56,727 nucleotides of DNA from an uncultured Candidatus Saccharibacteria bacterium (GCA_964551595.1 CAZKCU010000003.1:16030-72756), one strand, 5' to 3'. Positions 16,680-25,909 are shown, numbered from the stretch's first letter. Program-made: numbers and translations. The notes: a model not told the origin generated them from the letters alone.

Positions 16680-17516
16680 TTACCATAATTCAAGATATCT
16701 TTCAGCTCGATCTGGTAAAACAGTTACTACGTTTTTGTATTTTTTACTTAATCTTAGAGCAGCCAAGACATTTGCTCCCGAAGAAATACCAACCAATAAT
16801 CCTTTCTTTTTGGCTAATTTTTTAGTTATTAAAACAGCATCCTTGCTTTTTATTTTAATTATTTCATCAATTAGGCTAAAATCCAAAATTTTTGGTACTA
16901 TTCCATCACTAATTCCTTCTATTTGATGAGGTGATTCAACAGCTTCCACCCCAATTATTTTTACTTTTGGGAATTTCTCCTTTAGAGTTTTGGTCACCCC
17001 TATTAATGTTCCTCCGGTTCCGATCCCGGCTACAAAAGCATCAATTTTATCAACTTGTTTTAAAATTTCTTTACCTAAACCTCTTCTATGAGCTTTAACA
17101 TTATCAGGATTTTCAAATTGCCTTGGTAACCAAACTTTCTCATATTTTTCCGCTAACTCCTTTGTCTTCTTAATCGCCCCAGATAAATTCTCTTTTTTGG
17201 GAGTTAAAATAAAATTTGCCCCAAATAAACTCATCAGTTTTAGTTTTCTTTTACTTATGTTCTCTGGCACTACTGCTATCATTTTAAACCCTTTTATTGC
17301 TGAAATCATAGCAAAACTAACTCCGGTGTTTCCCGAGGTGGCTTCAATTATTGTATAACCTTTTTTGAGTTCTTCTCTTTCTTCTGCTTTTTCTACCATA
17401 TACTTTGCCATTCTGTCTTTAATGCTACCACTTGGATTAGTGGTTTCTAACTTAGCGTAAATTCGCCCGATTTTAATTAAAGGTGTATTGCCAATTGTAT
17501 CTAAAATATTTTGCAT
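16680..17516 (-). CDS. cysK: Cysteine synthase (PLP-dependent, CysK/CysM family)
   Basis: IGNTPL, AKLETTNPSGSIKDR, EATSGNTG, QFENPDN, GIGTGGT, GISSGAN. Confidence 0.92.
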   Translation of the reverse strand: MQNILDTIGNTPLIKIGRIYAKLETTNPSGSIKDRMAKYMVEKAEEREELKKGYTIIEATSGNTGVSFAMISAIKGFKMIAVVPENISKRKLKLMSLFGANFILTPKKENLSGAIKKTKELAEKYEKVWLPRQFENPDNVKAHRRGLGKEILKQVDKIDAFVAGIGTGGTLIGVTKTLKEKFPKVKIIGVEAVESPHQIEGISDGIVPKILDFSLIDEIIKIKSKDAVLITKKLAKKKGLLVGISSGANVLAALRLSKKYKNVVTVLPDRAERYLELW

Positions 17517-17523
17517 AGTGCTT

Positions 17524-17620
17524 AAACAAAAAGACCTCTCAGAAGAGGCCAGTTGGTTAAGAATTTTATATAAAATTAACTTTATCTAAAAACCAAACTA
17601 ACCTCTTCTCTTAGAGAGGT
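17524..17620 (-). promoter_or_regulatory. Transcription attenuator (protector 1:2, antiterminator 2:3, terminator 3:4)
   Basis: Terminator ggcctct-tctg-agaggtc-tttttgttt (17550-17524). Antiterminator aagaggttagtttggtt pairs with aaccaactggcctctt. Confidence 0.8.
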
Positions 17621-17668
17621 GCAACAATCGCAACAACTAATAGATTTGGGGTTAATCTGAATTTTCAT
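17582..17668 (-). CDS. Cys-rich leader peptide MKIQINPKSISCCDCCTSLREEVSLVFR (28 aa)
   Basis: Four Cys codons in five positions; upstream TTGACA(17707)-17-TAATCT promoter with TG extension; directly upstream of cysK. Confidence 0.8.
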   Translation of the reverse strand: MKIQINPKSISCCDCCTSLREEVSLVFR

Positions 17669-17736
17669 AATCTGTTTTTAGATTAACAACTTCAAGATTA
17701 GTTGTCAAGAACCTTAATTTGTGATAGGATAAAAAA

Positions 17737-18330
17737 ATGAAAAAAGTAGACGCGATAATCAGTATTATAATTGGTTTTTTAATAGGAGTTTTTTTCTTTA
17801 TTGGCTTGAAAAATATCGGAAAAAGCTTTCCTTATAGCTGGGTGCTTTTGATTATTTTTCCTCCCCTTGCCTTACTTGGAATGTTCCTTGCTTCCTATAT
17901 TGGTAAAAAGCTTTTAATTATTTACCAGGCAGCAAAATTTGTTTTGGTAGGGGCTCTTAATACTTTTATTGATTTGGGAGTGCTAAATGGATTAATCTGG
18001 GTTTCAGGAATTGCCACCGGTCTTTCCTTTTCGGTCTTTAAAGGAATCTCTTTTTTGCTCGCAACCTTAAATAGTTATTTCTGGAATAAACACTGGACTT
18101 TTCGCAAAAGAGAGAAAGTTTTTGCTCCCAGGGAATTTTCTAAGTTTTTGGTAGTAACTAGCATTGGTCTTTTTATTAACGTGGGAATTGCTTCTTTTGT
18201 GGTGAATATTATCGGACCTCAATATGGCATAGCAGAGAAAATGTGGGCAAATGTTGGAGCATTCGCTGCCGTTTTATTTGCCTGGGTCTGGAATTTTTTA
18301 GCATCCAAATTTATTGTATTTAAAAAGTGA
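17737..18330 (+). CDS. GtrA family membrane protein
   Basis: KFVLVGALNTFIDLGVLN and NSYFWNKHWTF motifs. Confidence 0.88.
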   Translation: MKKVDAIISIIIGFLIGVFFFIGLKNIGKSFPYSWVLLIIFPPLALLGMFLASYIGKKLLIIYQAAKFVLVGALNTFIDLGVLNGLIWVSGIATGLSFSVFKGISFLLATLNSYFWNKHWTFRKREKVFAPREFSKFLVVTSIGLFINVGIASFVVNIIGPQYGIAEKMWANVGAFAAVLFAWVWNFLASKFIVFKK

Positions 18331-19451
18331 TGACAAATTTGGTCCTTTATCGCAAATACAGACCGCAAACTTTTGCTGAAATTATCGGTCAAGAACATAT
18401 TGTTCAGACTTTAACCAATGCCATTTCAACAGGGATGATTTCCCATGCCTATTTGTTTTCCGGGCCTAAAGGATCAGGAAAAACGACAATTGCCAGGCTT
18501 TTAGCAAAAGCAGTTAATTGCGAAAATCGAAAAGATGACCAATATGAGCCCTGTAATAAATGCTCTTCATGCCTTGAGATTATGGAAGGGAGGTCTATGG
18601 ATTTAATTGAAATTGATGCCGCTTCCCATCGGGGAATTGATGAAATGAGAGAATTGAAAGATGGGATTAGATTTGTGCCTACAAAGTCAAAATATAAGGT
18701 ATTTATAATTGACGAAAGTCATCAGCTTACGAAAGAAGCTGCCAATGCCCTCTTAAAAACTTTAGAAGAACCGCCAGCTCACGCTGTTTTTGTTTTAGCC
18801 ACCACCGAAATCCATAAAATGATTCCAACCATTATTTCTCGCTGCCAAAGATTTGATTTCAGAAAACTAACTTTGCCAGAAATCATCAAAAGATTAGAAA
18901 TTATTTCCAAGAAAGAAAAAGCTAAAATCGAAAAAGCGGCCTTAGAATTAATTGCCTTGAATTCTGGAGGTTCAATTAGGGATGGTGAGAGCTTATTAGA
19001 CCAGATTCTAACTTTCGCCGGAACTTCTGGGGAAGGGAAAGAAATAAAAGCTGAAGACATTAAAGATTTACTGGGATTGGTTGAAATAAATTTAGTGAGC
19101 AATTTTTGCGATTTTATTGCCGAAAAAAAAGTTTCAAAAGCTATTACTTTTTTAAACGATACAATTGATAAAGGATTAGACCTTCAAAACTTTACCAAAG
19201 CTCTGATTAATTATTTAAGACAAACTTTAATTTTAAAAATGACCGGCGGAGGAAAAGGAAATTCAATAATTACCGGATTAACCAAAGAGGAGTTTCAAAA
19301 ACTTGAAAAGCAAGCAACTTTCTTTAAAGAAGATGAGCTTCGAAATATTTTAGAGCTCTTCTTGGAAGCCGAAAATAAAATGAAATATTCCTCAATACCC
19401 CAATTACCCCTGGAATTAGCAATAATTGAAGCAATCGGAGCAGGGGAGTAA
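18327..19451 (+). CDS. dnaX: DNA polymerase III subunit gamma/tau (short form)
   Basis: LYRKYRPQTF, GPKGSGKTT, EIDAASHRG, IIDESH, LLKTLEEPP, SRCQRF. Confidence 0.97.
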   Translation: MMTNLVLYRKYRPQTFAEIIGQEHIVQTLTNAISTGMISHAYLFSGPKGSGKTTIARLLAKAVNCENRKDDQYEPCNKCSSCLEIMEGRSMDLIEIDAASHRGIDEMRELKDGIRFVPTKSKYKVFIIDESHQLTKEAANALLKTLEEPPAHAVFVLATTEIHKMIPTIISRCQRFDFRKLTLPEIIKRLEIISKKEKAKIEKAALELIALNSGGSIRDGESLLDQILTFAGTSGEGKEIKAEDIKDLLGLVEINLVSNFCDFIAEKKVSKAITFLNDTIDKGLDLQNFTKALINYLRQTLILKMTGGGKGNSIITGLTKEEFQKLEKQATFFKEDELRNILELFLEAENKMKYSSIPQLPLELAIIEAIGAGE

Positions 19452-19455
19452 TTAT

Positions 19456-19526
19456 TCCGGGGTCGTCTAATGGTAGGACATCACCCCTTGGAGGTGACTA
19501 TCTTCGTTCGAATCGAAGCCCCGGAG
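19456..19526 (+). tRNA. tRNA-Gln(TTG) with C at position 33, CCA not encoded
   Basis: TCCGGGG/CCCCGGA acceptor with U1-A72; anticodon arm tcacc-ccTTGga-ggtga; T arm cttcg-TTCGAAT-cgaag. Confidence 0.88.
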
Positions 19527-19661
19527 CCCGAATAATCAGATACGAACTCGTTTTCTTGAACCAAAACTAAACTTTGATGTAAGCTAAAATATTTAACTCC
19601 GCGAACTTTATTTGGAACTGAAAGTTCTTTAAAAACCATTTAAAAACCAAAGGAGGTTGTT

Positions 19662-20039
19662 ATGTCTGATATTCAGAAAAAACCATGGTGGCGCCGTGAG
19701 CTCTATTTTATTGTGGGCTCCTTGCTATATGTTTTAGCAAATTGCTTTGACTACTACTGCACCGTCTGGGGGATTAGAGTAACCACTATGCCCGAAGGAA
19801 ACCCTATTATTCGAAATTATATGGAATTTTTAGGGGTCAAGGAAGGTCTATTCGTCTATAAGCTGATTGGAGTGTTTCTCGTTATAGCCCTAGTTAAATT
19901 AATTGAAATAGCGGCCAGAATAAAAAAGCTTCCTAAGTCCCCACTATTGAAAAAAATTTCTTACGGCGTATTGTATACCGGGACAGTTATTACAGTTTTA
20001 GCCGGGTCATCCTGGATAATTTTTGACTTTTACTCGTAG
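19662..20039 (+). CDS. DUF5658-like small membrane protein
   Basis: ANCFDYYCTVWG...EGNPII pattern, several TMs, AGGAGG RBS. Confidence 0.6.
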   Translation: MSDIQKKPWWRRELYFIVGSLLYVLANCFDYYCTVWGIRVTTMPEGNPIIRNYMEFLGVKEGLFVYKLIGVFLVIALVKLIEIAARIKKLPKSPLLKKISYGVLYTGTVITVLAGSSWIIFDFYS

Positions 20040-20146
20040 CGAACAACGCTACGAGTAATTTATTACTGAAAAGTTCTAAATATTTCACAGCCCCAGCCTT
20101 TTAATTTACATGTGACAAAATAAGACATTTGGTATACAATGAAAAT

Positions 20147-20335
20147 ATGGATAAATTGTTAACCCTAAAAGAAACAGCTAAAATATTGCGAGTTAGTGAA
20201 CGTACCATAATGCGCTATCTTAAATCCGGGAAGCTCAAAGCTTCAAAGCTCGGCCAATGGAGAATTAAACAAAGCGACCTTAATAAATTTTTAGAAAAAC
20301 ACTTAAATGTCAAAAGAAAATCCAGGAAAAAATAA
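20147..20335 (+). CDS. Excisionase-type (HTH_17/MerR-like) DNA-binding protein
   Basis: LLTLKETAKILRVSERTIMRYLKSGKLKASKLGQWRI; leaderless promoter GTGACA-17-TACAAT, 6 nt before ATG. Confidence 0.88.
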   Translation: MDKLLTLKETAKILRVSERTIMRYLKSGKLKASKLGQWRIKQSDLNKFLEKHLNVKRKSRKK

Positions 20336-20530
20336 GATAAAAGACCTGCCCAAAAAACGGCCTCCCTGGACTTTATCCAAGAAAAAATCAGTTAAAATTG
20401 CCAGGCAAATTCGCCGGTTTTGGGGTTTAGCCACAAGATTAGAGCATAGAAGAATCAAAAGCAAGAAAAAATGAAACTCCGCAACCCTTCGTCGCAAATT
20501 TAAACCTCGGTGTGTGCCTGTTGAATTAAT

Positions 20531-20656
20531 ATGACGAAAAAAGAACAAAAACTTTATAGAAAATTAAGCAGGAGGAAGAAAAAGGAGATTAATAAATTCG
20601 TTCATAAAGTGGTTAAAGAATACGGAGAAACTTTAAAAATGTTAAGTAAAAATTAA
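20531..20656 (+). CDS. Small basic hypothetical protein (41 aa), not in the ORF track
   Basis: MTKKEQKLYRKLSRRKKKEINKFVHKVVKEYGETLKMLSKN; stop overlaps the next ATG (TAATG). Confidence 0.55.
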   Translation: MTKKEQKLYRKLSRRKKKEINKFVHKVVKEYGETLKMLSKN

Positions 20657-20721
20657 TGAAACTAAAATCTTTGCCAAAAATCGAAAGACCGAGAGAAAAA
20701 CTAATTTTTAGAGAATATTAG
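20656..20721 (+). pseudogene. RadC (UPF0758) N-terminal stub
   Basis: MKLKSLPKIERPREKLI matches the RadC N-terminal signature; stop after 21 codons. Confidence 0.7.
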
Positions 20722-20882
20722 AGATAAATTCAAAGATAAAATTCTGGGATTTTCAAAATCAAAAAAATATAAAATTACTGGAGTACCATTTTATCAGAGT
20801 GAAAATGAAAATGAGTTTAAAAGAAAATTGTTTGAAACCATAGATATAAAGTCGAAGAATTAACTGAGAAAAAAATAAAATT

Positions 20883-21392
20883 ATGGATATAAAAGAAGTT
20901 ATTCAAAAAAGATATAGCTGCCGGAGTTATAAAGATACTCCAGTGCCAGATGAGAAATTAAAAAGTATTCTTGAGGCAACTCGACTTGCTCCTTCAGCTT
21001 CGAATCGTCAGCCATACAAATTTATTATTGTCAAGGATAAAGAAAAACGGGAAAAATTGGCTGAGGCAGCTGGTCAAAATTTTATTGCTGAAGCTGCAAT
21101 TATTATTGCCGGTGTTTCTTTAGAACCGGAAAGAATAATGAGTTGCGAAGTCCCAACTTATGCAGTTGATGTAGCAGTTGCAATGGAACATATAGCCCTT
21201 CAAGCTTGCGCGGAGGGCCTTGGAAGCTGTTGGATTGGAGCATTTGCTCAACAAGAAACAAAGAAGATTCTTGAAGTTCCGGAAAAATATAAAGTAGTTA
21301 CTTTAATGCCTATTGGCTATCCAGCAGATTCTTCTGGACCAAAAGACAGAAAGAGTTTAGGTGAGTTAGTTTCTTATGAAAAATTTGATTAG
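20883..21392 (+). CDS. Nitroreductase family protein
   Basis: RYSCRSY, APSASNRQP, GLGSCWIGAF, LMPIGYP. Confidence 0.93.
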   Translation: MDIKEVIQKRYSCRSYKDTPVPDEKLKSILEATRLAPSASNRQPYKFIIVKDKEKREKLAEAAGQNFIAEAAIIIAGVSLEPERIMSCEVPTYAVDVAVAMEHIALQACAEGLGSCWIGAFAQQETKKILEVPEKYKVVTLMPIGYPADSSGPKDRKSLGELVSYEKFD

Positions 21393-21449
21393 ATAAATAA
21401 TCAAAATTTAGGCCGAAGTTGAGGGAAATTTAAAAACTATATAAAGATT

Positions 21450-22013
21450 ATGGCATTAAAAGTAGGTATAATTGGACCCGCTAATATTCCGAAAATAAGT
21501 AAAATTGTTGGGAAACCAGTAGGTTTTTTTCTTGAGAGGGGTGATAAGATTGGAGAAATTTTAGCCGAAACTGGTTGTGAATTGTGGGTAAATAGTGATA
21601 AAGGTATGCTGGCTAAAATTGCCAGAGCTTATAAGAAAAATAATGGTAAAAAATTAGTTATTCTATATCCTGGTAAAGGCGAGCCATGGCCTAAAGATCA
21701 TGCCGAATTATACAGAAAATACGGAGATGAAATCAGAAAAGAACTTAACTGGTTTTGGTCAAATTATAATGTAGTTTCATTACCAGATGTTTATATTTGT
21801 GTAGGATTAAGCGCTGGTGGTTTGAGTGAATTGGCATATATTAAATGGAATTACTCATTGAAATGTGGGAATTTAAAAAAATTAATTGCAATAAAAGAAA
21901 TGTTAAGAGGTGGTAAGTTACCACCAGAAATTGAATTTGACATCCAAAAAATATTAATATACGTCAATAAAGCTGAGGAATTAAAGGAACTTTTAGAAAA
22001 ACTTTCTAAATAA
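21450..22013 (+). CDS. Hypothetical protein, possible LOG/SLOG-type Rossmann fold
   Basis: KVGIIG start, GEILAETG, VGLSAGGLSE segments. Confidence 0.5.
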   Translation: MALKVGIIGPANIPKISKIVGKPVGFFLERGDKIGEILAETGCELWVNSDKGMLAKIARAYKKNNGKKLVILYPGKGEPWPKDHAELYRKYGDEIRKELNWFWSNYNVVSLPDVYICVGLSAGGLSELAYIKWNYSLKCGNLKKLIAIKEMLRGGKLPPEIEFDIQKILIYVNKAEELKELLEKLSK

Positions 22014-22059
22014 ATCTTTTTAGTTAAAAAAAAGCCCACCGCTGGGCAATTTTTATTTA

Positions 22060-22088
22060 TCGCCAAGGTTGCGGTTTTTTGGTAGAAT
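22060..22088 (+). promoter_or_regulatory. Portable hairpin-promoter TCGCCA-17-TAGAAT, leaderless
   Basis: tcgcca-aggttgcggttttttgg-tagaat-aaagt-ATG; same unit at 48594, 49258 and 56681. Confidence 0.7.
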
Positions 22089-22093
22089 AAAGT

Positions 22094-22798
22094 ATGATTG
22101 ACCCTAATAAATTTGAAGTTTTAAGTTTTGATTGTTACGGAACACTTATTGATTGGGAAAGTGGTATTTTGGCGGCACTAAAGCCAGTTTTGTTGAGCTA
22201 TAATAAAGAACTTGACGAGAAGCAGATTCTTGAACTCTATGCGGAAACTGAATCAAAGATAGAAAAAGGTGAATTTATTAAGTACAAAGATGTCCTAAGA
22301 AGGGTGATGCAGGAGATCGGTATTAAACTTGGGTTTAATATTTCTTTCTCTCAACGAGAATGTCTTGTCGATTCATTAAAAAATTGGGAGCCATTTCCAG
22401 ATACGGTAGAAGCATTGCAAAATCTCAAGAAAATGTTTAAGTTGGCGGTTATTTCTAATATTGACAATGACCTTTTCTCTTCATCTGTAAAACACCTAAA
22501 AGTTGAATTTGACTATTTAATCACGGCTGAACAGATGGGAAGCTACAAACCATCATTGAATAACTTCAAGTTTGCTATAGAGAAAATAGGTGTTTCACCC
22601 GAAAAGATTCTACATATTGCACAAAGTATTTATCATGATATTATTCCAGCAAAAACATTGGGTTTATCGACTGTTTGGGTTAACAGAAGGAAGGGTAAAG
22701 AAGGAAGCGGGGCGACTCCTCCAGCAAGCGGCCAACCTGACCTTGAAGTACCTGATTTAAAGAAGTTAGTTCAGATTATAGACTTAGAGTTGAAATAA
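22094..22798 (+). CDS. HAD-superfamily hydrolase, haloacid dehalogenase type II-like
   Basis: FDCYGTLIDWESGI, ISNIDND, SYKPS, HIAQSIYHDIIPA. Confidence 0.9.
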   Translation: MIDPNKFEVLSFDCYGTLIDWESGILAALKPVLLSYNKELDEKQILELYAETESKIEKGEFIKYKDVLRRVMQEIGIKLGFNISFSQRECLVDSLKNWEPFPDTVEALQNLKKMFKLAVISNIDNDLFSSSVKHLKVEFDYLITAEQMGSYKPSLNNFKFAIEKIGVSPEKILHIAQSIYHDIIPAKTLGLSTVWVNRRKGKEGSGATPPASGQPDLEVPDLKKLVQIIDLELK

Positions 22799-22925
22799 GA
22801 AGAGAAAAGCTTGACAAATTTTATAGGATATGCTATTCTAAAAAAAGAAACGAGAATTACTTGTTTCTTTTAGTAGCAACTTAAAATAAAAATACTGGAC
22901 GTAGCAAGAGTGAAAGGAGTAAAAA

Positions 22926-23357
22926 ATGAAGAAAAATCATAGAAAAAGAGTAGTCAGTGTCAATGAAGTGTTTGTTGTTGTGATAGGTTTGATTATTGTA
23001 ATCTTCGCTGTATTGTGTAAGTTTGGACTAATAAGTGGAGATATCGAGATAGAAATACCTCGCAATGATGTTGCTTTTAGAGCTAAGAGAATGTATAGTG
23101 AAGATCTACCAATAATTCCGGTAAGTCGAGAGGAATTCAAGAAGATTGATTTAACTGATGAAGAAAAATTAGTCTTCTTAGATGTTTCTGATTTTCAGTC
23201 TGGTTTGGAGGTTATTAAAATTTGGATCATGGCTGAGGGGAAAATCTTCTTTTACGTAGAAGAGATAAAGGGTTATCCTCTTTTAACGAGTATCAGTGAT
23301 ATTGATGTTCGTTTTTTTTCTCACATAAACAAGATGAAGATAATCTTATATAGGTAG
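22926..23357 (+). CDS. Hypothetical bitopic membrane protein
   Basis: N-terminal TM; promoter TTGACA(22811)-17-TATTCT and AGGAG RBS. Confidence 0.7.
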   Translation: MKKNHRKRVVSVNEVFVVVIGLIIVIFAVLCKFGLISGDIEIEIPRNDVAFRAKRMYSEDLPIIPVSREEFKKIDLTDEEKLVFLDVSDFQSGLEVIKIWIMAEGKIFFYVEEIKGYPLLTSISDIDVRFFSHINKMKIILYR

Positions 23358-23604
23358 ATATTTTGCCTGTGGGGGCTTTTTTATAAAAGTATGGTAATTT
23401 TGTGATAGCGAGTATTATTATTATCTTGCTATCAAACACTATCTAATTTTATTTTCTCTTAAGAAAATCGCCAAAAAGGCGATTTTTAATTAGAAAAATT
23501 GACTTATTTTTGAGTCAGTGCTAAAGTTAAAAAGTGGAGGGCTAATTGAAAGCTCTTTTTATATATATAATTTCTAGCAAATGATAGTAAATAAAGGAGA
23601 CAAA

Positions 23605-24471
23605 ATGAATGTAAGGAAAGGGATTTTAATTATTCTGCTAATAGGGGTATTATTGTTTTTGACAATACCCGGCTGTGCAAGAGAAGGTGATGATGAACCA
23701 GACTTATCCATAGGAACTCCGGGAGAAAATCCAGACGATGAATTACAGATACCAATAGGAACTCCAAGTGATTATTTCCCAATTGATACAGGAAGAGAAT
23801 GGACTTATGAGATAAAAATAGGAGGATCTGAGTCTATATATTATTACGAGACTTCATGGCCATTAGGAGAAGGAAGACTGGTTCAATCTACGACAGGTCG
23901 TTTCATGCCGCTTCTTGAAGATGGACCTCCAAAAAGTTTCCTTCTTAAAATAAGAGTAAAGGGACCTGCAGCTCAACAAGGACCTCTTGAATATCCAACC
24001 GGAGTAGAATTGAAGATTGAAGAAGATGAACTTGGCATTTTTGAATATCACGAGGAAGTCTTTTGGGCGATTACAAACTCGCAAGGATTTATGGCTCAAC
24101 AGGTAGTTACTTTCGCACCCGATACTCTAGGCGCTCCGACCGGAACTTGGGGCAGCTGGGGACAAGAAAAAGGTTATTCAATAAGATTGTTGCTTTTTGG
24201 AGAAGAGCCAGGAATTGGTATAGGATTTGAGAATTCTCCAGATATACTCTATTTCAACGGAATTGAAACCGATGTTCCCGATTACAGGGAAATCCCTTGT
24301 CTTCATTTCCAAAGAGTAGTGAATTTAAAAAAATTAGGAGATGAGGATGAAACTGGTTATACTCTAAACAAAGACTTTACCGAAGATACCTGGTTTGCCA
24401 AGGGAATAGGGCTTGTTCGGCTCGAACAAAAAGTAGAAGGAAAGAGCTCAATGACCTGGATACTTAAATAA
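23605..24471 (+). CDS. Predicted lipoprotein, beta-rich
   Basis: Signal peptide ending LTIPGC; AGGAG RBS before ATG 23605; C-terminal TWFAKGIGLVR motif. Confidence 0.7.
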   Translation: MNVRKGILIILLIGVLLFLTIPGCAREGDDEPDLSIGTPGENPDDELQIPIGTPSDYFPIDTGREWTYEIKIGGSESIYYYETSWPLGEGRLVQSTTGRFMPLLEDGPPKSFLLKIRVKGPAAQQGPLEYPTGVELKIEEDELGIFEYHEEVFWAITNSQGFMAQQVVTFAPDTLGAPTGTWGSWGQEKGYSIRLLLFGEEPGIGIGFENSPDILYFNGIETDVPDYREIPCLHFQRVVNLKKLGDEDETGYTLNKDFTEDTWFAKGIGLVRLEQKVEGKSSMTWILK

Positions 24472-24473
24472 AC

Positions 24474-24522
24474 TAAGAGAAAATCCCTGGGTCTCAAATG
24501 AGATTCAGGGATTTTTATTTTT
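24474..24522. terminator. Bidirectional terminator, copy 1 of a twin pair
   Basis: taagagaaaatccctg...attcagggatttttatttttt. Confidence 0.7.
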
Positions 24523-24988
24523 TGGTCGCTATCGAGGAAAGCTTTTCTTTTTTCAAAGCTTTTTTGAATTTAGAAATATTATCTTTGTCTTTCTGGGTAG
24601 CTTTCAACTCATTCAAAGAATTAAAAACTAAAAAGAGGTCAGACTCAGTACGTTTATCATGAGGAAAATAATAAAACAATATATGGCGACAATTATTGGA
24701 TAATACAGTACCTGCATGAGTCCATACAGCAGAAACATGAAAAGCTCTTTCCCAGGCAGATAAAATTTCTCTCCATAATTCCTTATCATTGGGGAGACTA
24801 TACTGTTGTATCCATTCTCTTCTATCAAAAACCCTTCCTTCCTCTTTGAGCACCCCATTCTTAGAAAAATATATAAGAGAACGAGGTCTGACATAGAAGA
24901 TATATCCGTCAGGAGTTTCTATAATAAAGTCAGTAGCTTCTTTATTGAAAAATTCAATTTTCTTGCAGATAAGACATTTATTATTCAT
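24515..24988 (-). CDS. Hypothetical protein
   Basis: Start MNNKCLICKK at 24988 overlaps the upstream stop (ATGA); the track extends it with a spurious N-terminus. Confidence 0.6.
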   Translation of the reverse strand: MNNKCLICKKIEFFNKEATDFIIETPDGYIFYVRPRSLIYFSKNGVLKEEGRVFDRREWIQQYSLPNDKELWREILSAWERAFHVSAVWTHAGTVLSNNCRHILFYYFPHDKRTESDLFLVFNSLNELKATQKDKDNISKFKKALKKEKLSSIATKK

Positions 24989-25248
24989 CTTTTTCTCACT
25001 CTCCTTTCTTTTTTCAAATTCTTTATGAGGCTTGAAGTCTCTTTGTCGACGATTCCAGTAAAGTAACGAGCGGTGAGAACAGTTAAAATAAGACCCGGGA
25101 TAAGAAAAGCTAACCCTAAAAACCAAATTTTTTCCGGAAAATTACAGACTACTGTTATAAAACCGGCCACTAATAAAGCAAGACCAGCTAAAAACCCAAA
25201 GATTGAAAAAATAGATTTCCTAAATAGATTATTCATTTCTTCTTTCAT
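24985..25248 (-). CDS. Small two-TM hypothetical protein
   Basis: GGAGG RBS; two hydrophobic helices. Confidence 0.6.
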   Translation of the reverse strand: MKEEMNNLFRKSIFSIFGFLAGLALLVAGFITVVCNFPEKIWFLGLAFLIPGLILTVLTARYFTGIVDKETSSLIKNLKKERRVRKR

Positions 25249-25260
25249 ACCTCCTTTTTC

Positions 25261-25395
25261 TTAATTAGTTTTTTTATCATCTCCATCATCCGTTTCTTCA
25301 GCTTCAGAAGAACCGCATGACAAAAGCTCTATTATCGCTGTTTTCTTTTTCTCGTCATCAAATATCTTTCTTCTTATCTTTATTTTTTCAAACAT
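25261..25395 (-). CDS. Small hypothetical protein (44 aa), not in the ORF track
   Basis: MFEKIKIRRKIFDDEKKKTAIIELLSCGSSEAEETDDGDDKKTN; AAAGGA RBS and upstream TTGACT...CATAAT promoter. Confidence 0.4.
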   Translation of the reverse strand: MFEKIKIRRKIFDDEKKKTAIIELLSCGSSEAEETDDGDDKKTN

Positions 25396-25523
25396 TTTTC
25401 AGTCCTTTCTGTTAAGGTTAATATTTAATTTTTGAAGAACAACATCAACTAATTTTAATTATGATATAAAAGGAAATAAAGTCAAATTGGGAGAAGGTTT
25501 TTAGAAAAGAAAATTGTCCGCTA

Positions 25524-25566
25524 TAAGAGAAAATCCCTGAACTTTATTCAGGGATTTTTATTTTTT
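25524..25566. terminator. Terminator, copy 2 of a twin pair
   Basis: taagagaaaatccctgaactttattcagggatttttatttttt. Confidence 0.7.
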
Positions 25567-25600
25567 TCTCGTTTTCCCTTATTTTAATTTTGGCCAGGCT

Positions 25601-25900
25601 CTATTCGAAAGAATCAGGATTTTTCTTATATTTCTTATAATTTTTAATCCACAAAGGCACAAATGCACCGAAAGAAATAATCAAAACAAACAATACAATA
25701 GATGAAAGAATAAGATTATAAAGCGAGAAGCAATACACATTTACCTCTTGTACCTCTTGGACAATCGAATAAATAAAAACGCCTATCATTGAAGGTAAAA
25801 CCACAAACCCTAATACTGACCACCAAATAAATTTTAAGGCTGACTTTTTCACTTTTTTCCTCACTCCTTTCTTAATATTTCTTACTACAAAGTCAGACAA
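25601..25900 (-). CDS. Two-TM hypothetical protein, start uncertain (possible 1-nt frameshift after the GGAGG-ATG at 25920)
   Basis: Hydrophobic helices; the RBS-linked ATG is out of frame by one base. Confidence 0.45.
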   Translation of the reverse strand: MSDFVVRNIKKGVRKKVKKSALKFIWWSVLGFVVLPSMIGVFIYSIVQEVQEVNVYCFSLYNLILSSIVLFVLIISFGAFVPLWIKNYKKYKKNPDSFE

Positions 25901-25909
25901 AGAGATTCA

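Noticed and set aside
16660-17700. T-box riboswitch for cysS
   Set aside because: No T-box consensus or specifier stem was seen; the leader-peptide attenuator explains the structures.
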